Position numbers and translations under genes: made by a program. From positions 1-49,009 of IMG/VR virus record IMGVR_UViG_3300021411_000009: a DNA stretch of 49,009 nucleotides, one strand, 5' to 3'. This DNA is from a virus. Taxonomy: Duplodnaviria; Caudoviricetes. Shown one piece after another: positions 27,930-36,598 of the stretch. The stretch's first letter is position 1, and every line of letters starts with the position of its first letter. The notes under the pieces are model-generated. The model saw only the letters and a list, made by a program, of their open reading frames with translations. It made no database searches and was not told the DNA's origin.

Positions 27930-28082
27930 ATGTCAAAAGCACATCCAGGTTTTAAGTCTGTTCAGTCATCTATAGCCAAGCGTCAGGGTATTTCGATGGA
28001 TCGCGCTGGAGCTATCCTGGCTTCTGCAACGCGCAAGGCTCAAGGTCTAGCTAAGAGTGCCAAGATTCCAAAGCGCAAGTAA
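27930..28082 (+). CDS. Small basic protein
   Basis: Start ATG 27930: MSKAHPGFKSVQSSIAKRQGISMDRAGAILASATRKAQGLAKSAKIPKRK. Confidence 0.65.
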   Translation: MSKAHPGFKSVQSSIAKRQGISMDRAGAILASATRKAQGLAKSAKIPKRK

Positions 28083-28328
28083 TTGTTTGTGTATAAAATA
28101 ATTGGAATATTGTTTTCAAGGTTTCTATGCAGAAAACACCTATGTCTTCAAAAACGCATATTTATACTTGAGACTACTATATTACTTATTCAAGGAATCG
28201 ATCCAAGGATGTACGGGCATATTAAGATAGATAGTATCGTAGACCTCCAGGAAGAGCTACGTATATGTCTACACAAAGAAAAACAATTGAAGGCTTTACT
28301 AATAAAAATGAAACTCCAATGGCTGTAG
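28083..28328 (+). CDS. Hypothetical protein (AT-rich, start uncertain)
   Basis: 81-aa ORF fills the gap between neighbours; TTG start. Confidence 0.3.
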   Translation: MFVYKIIGILFSRFLCRKHLCLQKRIFILETTILLIQGIDPRMYGHIKIDSIVDLQEELRICLHKEKQLKALLIKMKLQWL

Positions 28329-29116
28329 AGATCGTAATCGTTTCGTTTTTGCCTGACTTGGAATGGATAACGCTATCATTGCGGTCTATTTCCAAGTACG
28401 CCTCTGGCTTCTCTGGCGTTACGATCATTGTGCCCTGGGACGATCTAGGATCTTTCCTTCCGTTTGAAGCGTGGCGAGCGAAAGACGGGGCGCCAATTAG
28501 GGTTAAGAAGTATATCGACGTTCACGGAAAGGGAATGCTTATGCATGAGGTTATGATCTGTAGCGCGGACATCTATTGTCCGCATGCGGATTTCATTATG
28601 CACATGGATTCTGATTGTCTCTTTCACGAGCCGGTTACCCCTGAGGATTACATCCGAAACGGTAAGCCTGATCTTTTGATGGTTAAGTACAACTCATTCC
28701 CAGCAGGACGAGCAGAGTACAAGTGGCAGCAGAATGTTATGCGTGCACTTGGTGTTCCAATTGAGTGCGTTCCGTTTGAGTGTATGCAACGTCATCCTGC
28801 CGTTCATGATTGGGATATTTACAGTGATATGAGGGCCGAGATTGAATCGGTTCATAAGTGCCCATTTAACCAGTACGTCATTGAGCAGGAGAACTCTTGG
28901 CCTCAGGGATTCGCGGAGTTCCCTACGCTTGGCGCGTATGCTTTTCTTAGATACAAAGACTACTACAACTTTATCGAGATAGAAAAGCCAGATATTCAGT
29001 CGCACCCGAAGTCGGCGCACAAGGTAACTCAATTTTGGAGTCACTCAAGCCGAGACCCCAAACACTGGGAACTCTATCAGCATCAGTTGCGCATGGCTCG
29101 GAGGATAGTAGCGTGA
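28319..29116 (+). CDS. Glycosyltransferase-like protein (GT-A fold, DUF6492-like)
   Basis: Start ATG 28319: VEIVIVSF..DLEW..LSLRSISKY; FIMHMDSD (DxD); FAEFPTLGAY; TQFWSH. Confidence 0.65.
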   Translation: MAVEIVIVSFLPDLEWITLSLRSISKYASGFSGVTIIVPWDDLGSFLPFEAWRAKDGAPIRVKKYIDVHGKGMLMHEVMICSADIYCPHADFIMHMDSDCLFHEPVTPEDYIRNGKPDLLMVKYNSFPAGRAEYKWQQNVMRALGVPIECVPFECMQRHPAVHDWDIYSDMRAEIESVHKCPFNQYVIEQENSWPQGFAEFPTLGAYAFLRYKDYYNFIEIEKPDIQSHPKSAHKVTQFWSHSSRDPKHWELYQHQLRMARRIVA

Positions 29117-29889
29117 GAAAGCTACTTTTAGTTCTTCAGTTTTCACCCGGCGATAGAGACGTAGCCTTCGCGCTCACGCGGCTCATCCTAGACTTGGAAG
29201 ACGGCGTATGCCCCTATGCCGACTTCATGTTTAGTGCGGCCTACGGTACAACGCATGATCTAGCGCTAGTGGAGCTAGCCAAGAAGAAGTTCGCTAACGT
29301 TTACGTGCATAGCTGCCATGACGCTATTACGGGCTGGCCTGCTGGGCCGAATTCCCAGGTACGCGAGGTGGTATCGGATGTCTTCGTAGGGCACCGAGAT
29401 CGAGGATTTGACTATGCAGCGTTCATGCTCTGTGAGCCCGATTTTGTCCCCCTAGCAAAGGACTGGATAAAGCAGCTCTACGATGAGTGGCACCATGGAG
29501 GAAGCCAGCAGATCCTTGGCGCATGGATGCAGAGCGGGCAATTTTGGTGCTATAGCACGCACATTAACGGCAACGTTTTAATTGATCCACAGTTTGTTAA
29601 GGACAACAAGTTTTTTAGAACAAGCAGTAATGGTGCTTGGGATACATACTTCGCTCCTATCATGCTACCAAAGGCACGCGCAAGTAAATTGATTTGGAAC
29701 GACTATCGGATAAATAGCGTTCACAATCCATTACCTACTGGAGTATCACTAGAGCAGTATATATTCTCACCTAAGCGGTATCCTGATAATCACCCGTTGG
29801 CCGGACAGGAGATTAACTGCGTTTATTTTCACGGCTCCAAGGGATTTGAAGCGATAAACATTGTGAGAAAAAAACTATTACCAACATGA
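29113..29889 (+). CDS. Glycosyltransferase-like protein (GT-A fold)
   Basis: GTG 29113 overlaps the upstream stop; GWPAGPN, FMLCEPDFVPL (ExD), HINGN, AWD and YFHGSK. Confidence 0.55.
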   Translation: MRKLLLVLQFSPGDRDVAFALTRLILDLEDGVCPYADFMFSAAYGTTHDLALVELAKKKFANVYVHSCHDAITGWPAGPNSQVREVVSDVFVGHRDRGFDYAAFMLCEPDFVPLAKDWIKQLYDEWHHGGSQQILGAWMQSGQFWCYSTHINGNVLIDPQFVKDNKFFRTSSNGAWDTYFAPIMLPKARASKLIWNDYRINSVHNPLPTGVSLEQYIFSPKRYPDNHPLAGQEINCVYFHGSKGFEAINIVRKKLLPT

Positions 29890-30245
29890 TCGATATAAAC
29901 CCACGAAACCATCATAACCCACTTATGGAACCAGACACAGAACAAGAATTAGAGAACGGATGGAAGACGCGCTCGGAAACGTTGCAGTCTCAGGTAGACG
30001 TTTTGACGAAGGCGTTAGACGACGAGAAGAAAAAGACGCAAGACAAGGAAGCTACGGCTAAGGCAATGTGTGACGCGGCGATTGCGATGGTTCAGAAGGA
30101 TCAGGAGATATGGAACCATAAAGACTTTCGATCTGTCTTCGCGCTGGCAGACGCACAGGGTTTTAGGTATAACGGACCAATGATTACAGATGCGGGCAAG
30201 GCTCTGGTGGCCGCAATTCAAGAGTTTCAAAAGTCTTGGAAGTAA
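29886..30245 (+). CDS. Hypothetical coiled-coil protein
   Basis: 119 aa, ATGA-coupled. Confidence 0.55.
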   Translation: MIDINPRNHHNPLMEPDTEQELENGWKTRSETLQSQVDVLTKALDDEKKKTQDKEATAKAMCDAAIAMVQKDQEIWNHKDFRSVFALADAQGFRYNGPMITDAGKALVAAIQEFQKSWK

Positions 30246-30248
30246 GTC

Positions 30249-31685
30249 ATGCCAACCCGGTACGCATTCAGGCAGATAGAAACGAGTCCCCGGAACGAGC
30301 CAGCGACTAACTGGTTCGTTGATCCTACGGTGTTACCTAAGGTTCACGTTGAGGCGACGGGTCCAACGACAGGGTTTAATCCAGGGCAGCACGCTACAGC
30401 GGTGGCGGGATTTCTGGCTGGTGCTAGTTCGCCTGTTGCGCAGATATGCACAGATATTTTCGTAGAACACTCTTCTTATTTTAAGGGGGCGTCTTGTTTG
30501 GGGGACGGAAGGCTGTGGGTTAAGTCAGAGGCGCAGCCGGTTAGTCCGTACCCAAAGCCGCAGACCTATGATCTAGATCCTGGTATTCGGATTGTGATCA
30601 ACTGTTCATTTGGGGATAACGTGTCTAGGGACTCGGTGACGGGTTTACCGGCGGGTACTTCATCGGAGCAGAACACGTTCGCTAGGCTGAAGGCTTACCT
30701 GGATGCAACCAATCAGGTATGTTGTGCGGCGCTACCGGATACGGGTATGCTATATTCCAGTGGGTATCTTCAGAACTTTCCTGGATATTCGGTGGATGTA
30801 ATTGCGGTGGGGTCGGCTGACTTTGGGCATGAAGCGCCGGATGGTAGACAGCCGGACTGCGTGGCTTATGGTTATACGTCGCTAGGATGTCCGCAGGTGG
30901 CCTCGATTGCATTGAGGCTTATTTACGAAGCAGACCAGATTGGATACGCGATTAAACGGGAGGAGGTCAAAGACTTGATCTTGCGCGGATGCGTGAAGGT
31001 GAATACGCCTTACACGCAGGGAGCAGGTTGTATTAACTTAACCAATACACTGGAACTTTTTAACAAGGAATACAAAGGGGCTAACTCAACTATGAATACG
31101 ACACTTTTAGACACGAGTTTTAAAACGCCTATGGTGGGCACAGGAAAAACAGCTTACGTCTATAATCCGAAGGGATCAGCATGGACGTTTAGCGATGGAT
31201 CGGGGCTTACTGGATCTGGATCAGATTTCACATATGGTAACGATGACATGGGGCAAGTTGCATTCATTCAGAACCAGGGAACGATTAGCCAGACGATAGC
31301 GCTTGGCGCGGGTACGTATGTCTATGGTTACAAGTGGGCGAACCGAGGAAACTGGGGAGGAAGTAACCAGATTGCTGTAAAGCTAAACGGCAAGGTGCTT
31401 CAAGTTCTTCCGATGAAGAGTGGACCTACATATTCAGTGGGGGCCGGTTCTTTTACGATGGCTAGCGCCGGGCAATCTACCTTTTCACTAGAGGGCCAAG
31501 CTACGGGAGGAGATGCGACGTGTTTCTTTAGCCAGTTTACCCTGGGGGTACAGACGGACGATGACAAGCGTAAGGCTTTAGCGGTTCAGTTTGGCGGCGT
31601 GTACGATCCGGCAGGAAAGATCTACGCTATTCCTTCGGACAAGATCCAAGCATTTGCTCAGGCTTTGAGCTACGCTGGGCTTTGA
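30249..31685 (+). CDS. S8 subtilisin-like peptidase domain plus C-terminal carbohydrate-binding-like domain
   Basis: HATAVAG (His), VINCSFG, VIAVGS, PDCVA, YTSLGCPQVA (Ser); C-terminal AWTFSDGSGLTG..QVAFIQ..ISQTI beta-sandwich. Confidence 0.65.
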   Translation: MPTRYAFRQIETSPRNEPATNWFVDPTVLPKVHVEATGPTTGFNPGQHATAVAGFLAGASSPVAQICTDIFVEHSSYFKGASCLGDGRLWVKSEAQPVSPYPKPQTYDLDPGIRIVINCSFGDNVSRDSVTGLPAGTSSEQNTFARLKAYLDATNQVCCAALPDTGMLYSSGYLQNFPGYSVDVIAVGSADFGHEAPDGRQPDCVAYGYTSLGCPQVASIALRLIYEADQIGYAIKREEVKDLILRGCVKVNTPYTQGAGCINLTNTLELFNKEYKGANSTMNTTLLDTSFKTPMVGTGKTAYVYNPKGSAWTFSDGSGLTGSGSDFTYGNDDMGQVAFIQNQGTISQTIALGAGTYVYGYKWANRGNWGGSNQIAVKLNGKVLQVLPMKSGPTYSVGAGSFTMASAGQSTFSLEGQATGGDATCFFSQFTLGVQTDDDKRKALAVQFGGVYDPAGKIYAIPSDKIQAFAQALSYAGL

Positions 31686-31686
31686 C

Positions 31687-31971
31687 TTATTTTCGTTCAC
31701 GGATAGCTCGGTAGATCACGCAAGCCGCGCCAGAGAGAGCTACGAAGTATCCGAATGAGTGTAGCCAATCGACGTAGCCTAGGTAGTGGGCATAGAGAGT
31801 AGCGACTAGCGCGACCCAAACAGAGCAGCAGTAAAAGCAGGTGACGAGATCATTGACGAACTTAACTCCCGAGAAGAGATCTCGGAACCAGGCAAAGATC
31901 TTGTCGTAAACGACCAGCTCTGAAACGCGGAATACTGCGAGCGCGGCCACAATGAAAACAAACCAGTTCAT
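31687..31971 (-). CDS. DUF1360-like membrane protein
   Basis: LAVFRVSELVVYDKIF...LVTCFYCCSVWVA with hydrophobic helices. Confidence 0.7.
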   Translation of the reverse strand: MNWFVFIVAALAVFRVSELVVYDKIFAWFRDLFSGVKFVNDLVTCFYCCSVWVALVATLYAHYLGYVDWLHSFGYFVALSGAACVIYRAIRERK

Positions 31972-32399
31972 TTCTTTTCTTCTTTATTGTATCCGTGCAT
32001 AGGTTTAGACGATTCAATGGTTAGCGCAGAAGGAGTCTTAATGTCGTACTTTTCTTTTCGTGAGATGCCGAGCACGGGTCTTGCCTTCTCCAGTTCTTTT
32101 TTAATATCAGCTATTTCTTTTGTAATACGTTCAATGTAAGACTGTTTTGACTTATTTACTTTAGCTAGCTCGTCACGTTCTGTGCGCATGGCTAGGTAAC
32201 TCTTAACCATATTATTATAGCTATCGGCTAGGTCTGGGCAGTCTGTGTTTTTGCTTAGCTTCGGCGCGTCATCGGGTATGTCTCTCCACGCCGTCTTTGC
32301 TGACTCGGTCTTTAATGTTTCCTGTAGGTCGCTAAGTTCGCACTGCAAGTCTTCCCTCTGACGTAGGAGTTCTATGATGTAGTCTTTGTCTGTGATCAT
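31968..32399 (-). CDS. Hypothetical coiled-coil protein
   Basis: Start re-assigned to ATG 32399 (MITDKDY) by ATGA overlap. Confidence 0.55.
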   Translation of the reverse strand: MITDKDYIIELLRQREDLQCELSDLQETLKTESAKTAWRDIPDDAPKLSKNTDCPDLADSYNNMVKSYLAMRTERDELAKVNKSKQSYIERITKEIADIKKELEKARPVLGISRKEKYDIKTPSALTIESSKPMHGYNKEEKK

Positions 32400-32617
32400 C
32401 GGCGGTTTCTCCGGTTGTAATATGCCTGGTCTCGTTTCTCTTGGTGGTACACGGTGAATATCGTGAGCGGCATAAGAATCGCGGCCAAAACCATTCCTGC
32501 GCATTTTTGGGCAGGGCTATTCCTAGGAGTCATTTGGTAAACCATTGACGCCAATCCTATCACAATAAACGCGCAAGGAATTCCAACGATCAGTATCTTA
32601 ACCGTTCTCGGGCTCAT
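32396..32617 (-). CDS. Small two-TM membrane protein
   Basis: Two hydrophobic segments and a basic tail; ATGA-coupled on both sides. Confidence 0.6.
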   Translation of the reverse strand: MSPRTVKILIVGIPCAFIVIGLASMVYQMTPRNSPAQKCAGMVLAAILMPLTIFTVYHQEKRDQAYYNRRNRR

Positions 32618-33240
32618 GATGCCGCCTCCTGATCAAACTCACCACCCTTAGCCATTCCCTTTTTCAACTGAAAGTACATCACCCAGCCATTCTTGGCCTT
32701 CTCTTCCATCGGCGTATGCTCAAACCAGTGATCCTTTCTCACGATCTCAGCCTTAAGCCGCGCTATCTCCTCGTCCGCTTTAATCGCCGCTTCACTCAGC
32801 ATCTTCACCTGCCGCTCATCCGCGCTCACTGACTTGGCTTTAATCTGCGCTTCTAGCTCGGCCACTTTCTTCCTCATCGCAATGTTCTCCTCTTTGCAGT
32901 TCTTGGTAGCCACCTCAACCGCCTGCTTTACCAAGCTTGGGTCTTCATCATTTCCCCTAGTCTTCGCGCTCTTGTGGTAGGCTACAGCATCTTCCTTCAC
33001 CTGGATTAACTCTACTCCCAGTCTCTCGTTCTCTTCCTGTAACCGCTTTATCCTCTCCCCGTCCTTCCTAGACTGTTCACTAGTGCTCGGCACAGACTCT
33101 TCTTCAATACCCAACACGAGCATCGCTTGTCGCTTTTCTAACCACTTATCGAGTTCATCCCTCAACTCAATTCGTATCTTTCTGGCGTATCTTACGTGTG
33201 TCTCTTTTGTGTCCTTATTTGTGTATTCTGAGTGCTTCAT
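32614..33240 (-). CDS. Hypothetical coiled-coil protein
   Basis: 208 aa Glu/Lys-rich; first gene of the leftward operon. Confidence 0.6.
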   Translation of the reverse strand: MKHSEYTNKDTKETHVRYARKIRIELRDELDKWLEKRQAMLVLGIEEESVPSTSEQSRKDGERIKRLQEENERLGVELIQVKEDAVAYHKSAKTRGNDEDPSLVKQAVEVATKNCKEENIAMRKKVAELEAQIKAKSVSADERQVKMLSEAAIKADEEIARLKAEIVRKDHWFEHTPMEEKAKNGWVMYFQLKKGMAKGGEFDQEAAS

Positions 33241-33262
33241 AGATGTTTTCTTGTGTGCTTTA

Positions 33263-33290
33263 AAGATGCATTATCACGAACGCTTGTCAA
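33263..33290 (-). promoter_or_regulatory. Putative promoter of the leftward operon
   Basis: TTGACA-16 bp-CATCTT, 22 nt upstream of ATG 33240. Confidence 0.5.
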
Positions 33291-33433
33291 TGCATTTCTG
33301 AATATATTTCAATCACACTCAACTTTGTTTCCTAAAAACACTCCTGGTTGTCACATGCATTCCCCTTCCATAACCATTTCTATATAAAAATTTTACCCTC
33401 CTGTGTGTAGGAACGGATGGCCTCTTTTTAACC

Positions 33434-33505
33434 GGTAGGGTGGCCGGCGGGTGGTGGGGGTGGGGAGGGGTGGTCGGTTCGGGGCAGGACGGGGACGGTA
33501 CGGGT
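33434..33505 (+). other. G-run tract in the large non-coding region
   Basis: GGTAGGGTGGCCGGCGGGTGGTGGGGGTGGGGAGGGGTGG...GGGG...GGGG, preceded by TATATAAAAATTTT. Confidence 0.8.
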
Positions 33506-34190
33506 GCGTAAGTCGTCGCTGCAGTTAAGTACTTGTGTTTTTGTAATGGCACGGTAACGGGCCGGCACGAGACGGGCACGCATCGGCTCAGATACGGTCA
33601 CAACCGGGCCACGGTTCGTTTCGTAACCGGTTGGTTTACATGGTTTTAAACAGGAACAGTCCCGGTCGGTTGACAGGGTATTTGTCGGCTTGACAAGCCG
33701 GGAGAAGGAATACCGAGGGAGCTCGCTGGGGCGAGGGACAAGGGGAAAGCTAGGGAAGAAGGTATAGCACTAGAGGAAGTTATGCTGGCTGACTGCTGTC
33801 AGGCCCTCCGGGGGCAGAGCGGGAAGGGTAAGCAACGTCTGTCTTGCCTATAGGACTAAGAGCTATGCGCCGAGTGGGGCGCGAGTTGCGCGGGCAAGCT
33901 ACCAAGGAGAATGGAGCGCTGGTTTTAGGCTACAACTGTCGTTTAAACAACTGCTGACATCCTACTGACAGAGCAACAGAATGCATCGGGAAACGACTAG
34001 ACATGCGCTTGAGTCGCTTGTAGCTCTGCTGTCGCTAACGTTACTGCGCCGAAATCGGGACGGAACGAACGGAAGGTAAAACCCGCCTTAGCTGTTAACC
34101 GGATAATTACAAGCGACTTGATTCCTAAGGTAACGCACGCAATACTTTGCGCTTCCGTTTTTGAAAATTGTTCGTAGGGTATTGGCTTAG

Positions 34191-34802
34191 ATGAGAGAGT
34201 TTTGGAGAAATATTAAAGACTCTAGGTTTTACCAGGTTTCCAACCTCGGGAACGTTCGCCAGCGCATCAGGTTTAACCATAAGGACACGAGCAGACCTGA
34301 GTTTAGGCCTGTGAGCTCGCATCACAACCAGCACGGATACAAGGCGACTTCGATTGAGACCTACAGGGGAAACGAAACCTTCTTTGTTCACCGACTTGTT
34401 TGCGCCGCGTTTCAACGCAATCCAGAGAAGAAGCCCCACGTTAACCACAAGAACGGCGTTAAGGACGATAACCGCAACGTTAACCTCGAATGGTGCACGC
34501 CTGCTGAGAACTCGCAGCACGCTTCACGGATCGGGCTGTTACGTGGCGGTAGACTTTACGCCAAGTCTAACTTAACGACAGAAACCGCCAGTCTGATCTA
34601 TGGCTTGCACTTGCTCCGGGCTAAGAAAGCGTTTCTAGCGCGAGTTTTTAACGTAAGTTACGCAACAGTCGATAACATATGCCTTAAGCGTACATGGCAC
34701 AAGAAGATCCTAGCCTACTGCATGAAGTACAAAAGGTTTAGGCCAAGGCCCGTCGTTAACACAGTACCTCAACGGACTGATGTCCTAGATTTATGCGCCT
34801 AA
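34191..34802 (+). CDS. NUMOD4-HNH homing endonuclease
   Basis: EFWRNI..YQVSNLGNVR; VHRLV..AF; VNHKNGVKDDNRNVNLEWCT..EN..H. Confidence 0.9.
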   Translation: MREFWRNIKDSRFYQVSNLGNVRQRIRFNHKDTSRPEFRPVSSHHNQHGYKATSIETYRGNETFFVHRLVCAAFQRNPEKKPHVNHKNGVKDDNRNVNLEWCTPAENSQHASRIGLLRGGRLYAKSNLTTETASLIYGLHLLRAKKAFLARVFNVSYATVDNICLKRTWHKKILAYCMKYKRFRPRPVVNTVPQRTDVLDLCA

Positions 34803-34915
34803 CTAAGAAAAACTTATTATTAGCATTGTGCTGTGGTTCAGTTACTTGCACTAGAATCAATCTGTCGGTTAAGATTTTTCTTTTAGGAATATCCGAGTTG
34901 TGCGATATTAGGGAC

Positions 34916-35011
34916 GTCAGGTTAGTTAGTCGATTAGCTCCCTAGTCATGACGATTCAATCTCTCAGCTAGGGAGCAAGGCTAACGACTCCTGACCCTAA
35001 ATCGACTGACT
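34916..35011 (+). promoter_or_regulatory. Structured leader with two alternative pairings before the first early gene
   Basis: Core stem 34937-45/34968-76; alternatives 34916-21/34990-95 versus 34924-35/35000-11. Confidence 0.5.
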
Positions 35012-35248
35012 ATGAAAACAACGGAAACAACAGCAACGGCAAGCTACCAAGGCAACTTGGTATGTGGGTATCTCATCAGCAACCAGGGCTACGCCAAACG
35101 TAATCGCAATCGTACGGTGTATCGATGGTCCCGATTTGTGGAGGAAGACGCCCAAAATTGGGGCGTTTGCATGGTGCGCGGAGAGTACGTTACACAAGCA
35201 AATGCAATCAGAGCGGCTAAACGCGCTGGCTGTAATGTTAATGGCTAA
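35012..35248 (+). CDS. Hypothetical early protein
   Basis: 78 aa; first small rightward ORF after the leader. Confidence 0.55.
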   Translation: MKTTETTATASYQGNLVCGYLISNQGYAKRNRNRTVYRWSRFVEEDAQNWGVCMVRGEYVTQANAIRAAKRAGCNVNG

Positions 35249-35289
35249 ATAGGTCTAAAGCAAACGACGAAACAACCGATATACCTGCT

Positions 35290-35589
35290 ATGAACTCACA
35301 AACTCTCTATTCGAACTCTCAACTCTCTCGCATGCTGTCCGATGGTGCAAAGCTTGCCGCGATTGACGCTGTAACTCTGCTAGAATCTGGTTTCAATGTA
35401 GCCGCGAAAGCTATGGTTAAAGACTACGGCCTGACCTACTTAGACCTCGTGTTCGCCGGCCAGAAGCTGAACAATTGCGAGCACGTTTGCAAGGCAGAAG
35501 CTTTGGAACTGTTGGATTTACTCAGTACCGAAAAGGCAAGACTGCTAGCGCTGCGGTCGGCGCAAAACCGAGCTTACTCGCAAGCCTGA
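35290..35589 (+). CDS. Hypothetical early protein
   Basis: 99 aa, helical. Confidence 0.55.
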   Translation: MNSQTLYSNSQLSRMLSDGAKLAAIDAVTLLESGFNVAAKAMVKDYGLTYLDLVFAGQKLNNCEHVCKAEALELLDLLSTEKARLLALRSAQNRAYSQA

Positions 35590-35706
35590 TCGGTCATTTC
35601 GAACCCCTTGGGACGGCCTAAGGGTTTCCATAATGCCTAATCACGGGCAGAAAGTTCGAGGCGAAGCCAGCAGGCTGAGAGCTCAACAAACAAAACAAAC
35701 AGAGAC

Positions 35707-36036
35707 ATGAAAAACGCTCACATCATAGAATGCCGATATCTCCCGGCAACTAACTTTAAATCTAGTCGCGTAAAGCTTACGTCACTTCGTTCGCTAGATC
35801 CACAATGCCCCGCTGAATATCGCAATGATTCGATTGTTGAATCCTTTGGCAATTACGGGCAGACTTACGAGCAAGGTGAGGCAATGCTTACCGCCATGGG
35901 CTACACCATTCTCGCGCAAGGTGAGGCCGCAAACGCGACTATCTTTGCCGTTAAGGAGTTCGCTAGGCTCAAGGTCGCTCACTCCGCGCACAAATCTCTG
36001 CGGATGCGCAAAGCATGGGAGGCAGCAAAGTCATGA
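35707..36036 (+). CDS. Phage early protein
   Basis: I..RYLPATNFKSSRVK N-terminal motif recalls a common phage early family; A/C-rich leader. Confidence 0.6.
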   Translation: MKNAHIIECRYLPATNFKSSRVKLTSLRSLDPQCPAEYRNDSIVESFGNYGQTYEQGEAMLTAMGYTILAQGEAANATIFAVKEFARLKVAHSAHKSLRMRKAWEAAKS

Positions 36037-36458
36037 GCACACAGCACACAACTAAGCTTAATGATTTAGCCTTGGGTCATTCGTTTTGGTATGACCCGGC
36101 AGTGGCTCAAAACGACCCTTCAAATCCGGCTAGCCTTTGGGTTTGCTCGTTGCGCGGAATGAACGATTCAGTTGTTTGCTGGGCTGAGGCAGAGACTCCC
36201 GATTTAGCGCGGTCTAGAGCAAGAACTATTACTGATAGTCTAAATCATACAAACTCCGAGCTAAAGAAGCTGGCTAGGGTTCAAGAACAGAATTCTAATT
36301 TACTAGCGGCGCTTAAGGAGTTCACCTTGCGATTCGAAGCACTAGAGGAGAAAGAAGCCAAGGGACATAATCTTAACTGGAGAGAGATAACCGCTAACGG
36401 TTCGTATGACTCAGCCAAGCGAGCCATAGCCAAAGCAACGGGAGGATCAAACGCATAG
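36033..36458 (+). CDS. Hypothetical early protein
   Basis: Start ATG 36033 (ATGA overlap); LLAALK...AKRAIAKATG ending typical of phage early proteins. Confidence 0.6.
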   Translation: MSTQHTTKLNDLALGHSFWYDPAVAQNDPSNPASLWVCSLRGMNDSVVCWAEAETPDLARSRARTITDSLNHTNSELKKLARVQEQNSNLLAALKEFTLRFEALEEKEAKGHNLNWREITANGSYDSAKRAIAKATGGSNA

Positions 36459-36459
36459 G

Positions 36460-36597
36460 ACAAGCCAAGACAACGTGGCTCTATACCGATCTAGACTTCC
36501 TGCGCCAAGGTACAGAGTTCACTCCCGTTGTTCGTTCACGGCCAAGCCTTAATTAGCATCCTACGGATAGAAAAGATTGTGCCAAACAAAGAACAAA
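36460..36597 (-). ncRNA. Candidate leftward small RNA
   Basis: Minus-strand TTGACA(36629-24)-16 bp-CACCAT; U-rich 5' end TTTGTTCTTTGTTTGGCACAATC; small hairpins at 36524-41 and 36463-80; no credible ORF. Confidence 0.35.
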
Positions 36598-36598
36598 C

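Noticed and set aside
33319-33579. 86-aa Pro/His-rich ORF
   Set aside because: Translation of the G-run tract; no start context.
35585-35700. Hammerhead ribozyme (CTGA motifs among hairpins)
   Set aside because: The CUGANGA...GAAA core is not present in the required arrangement.
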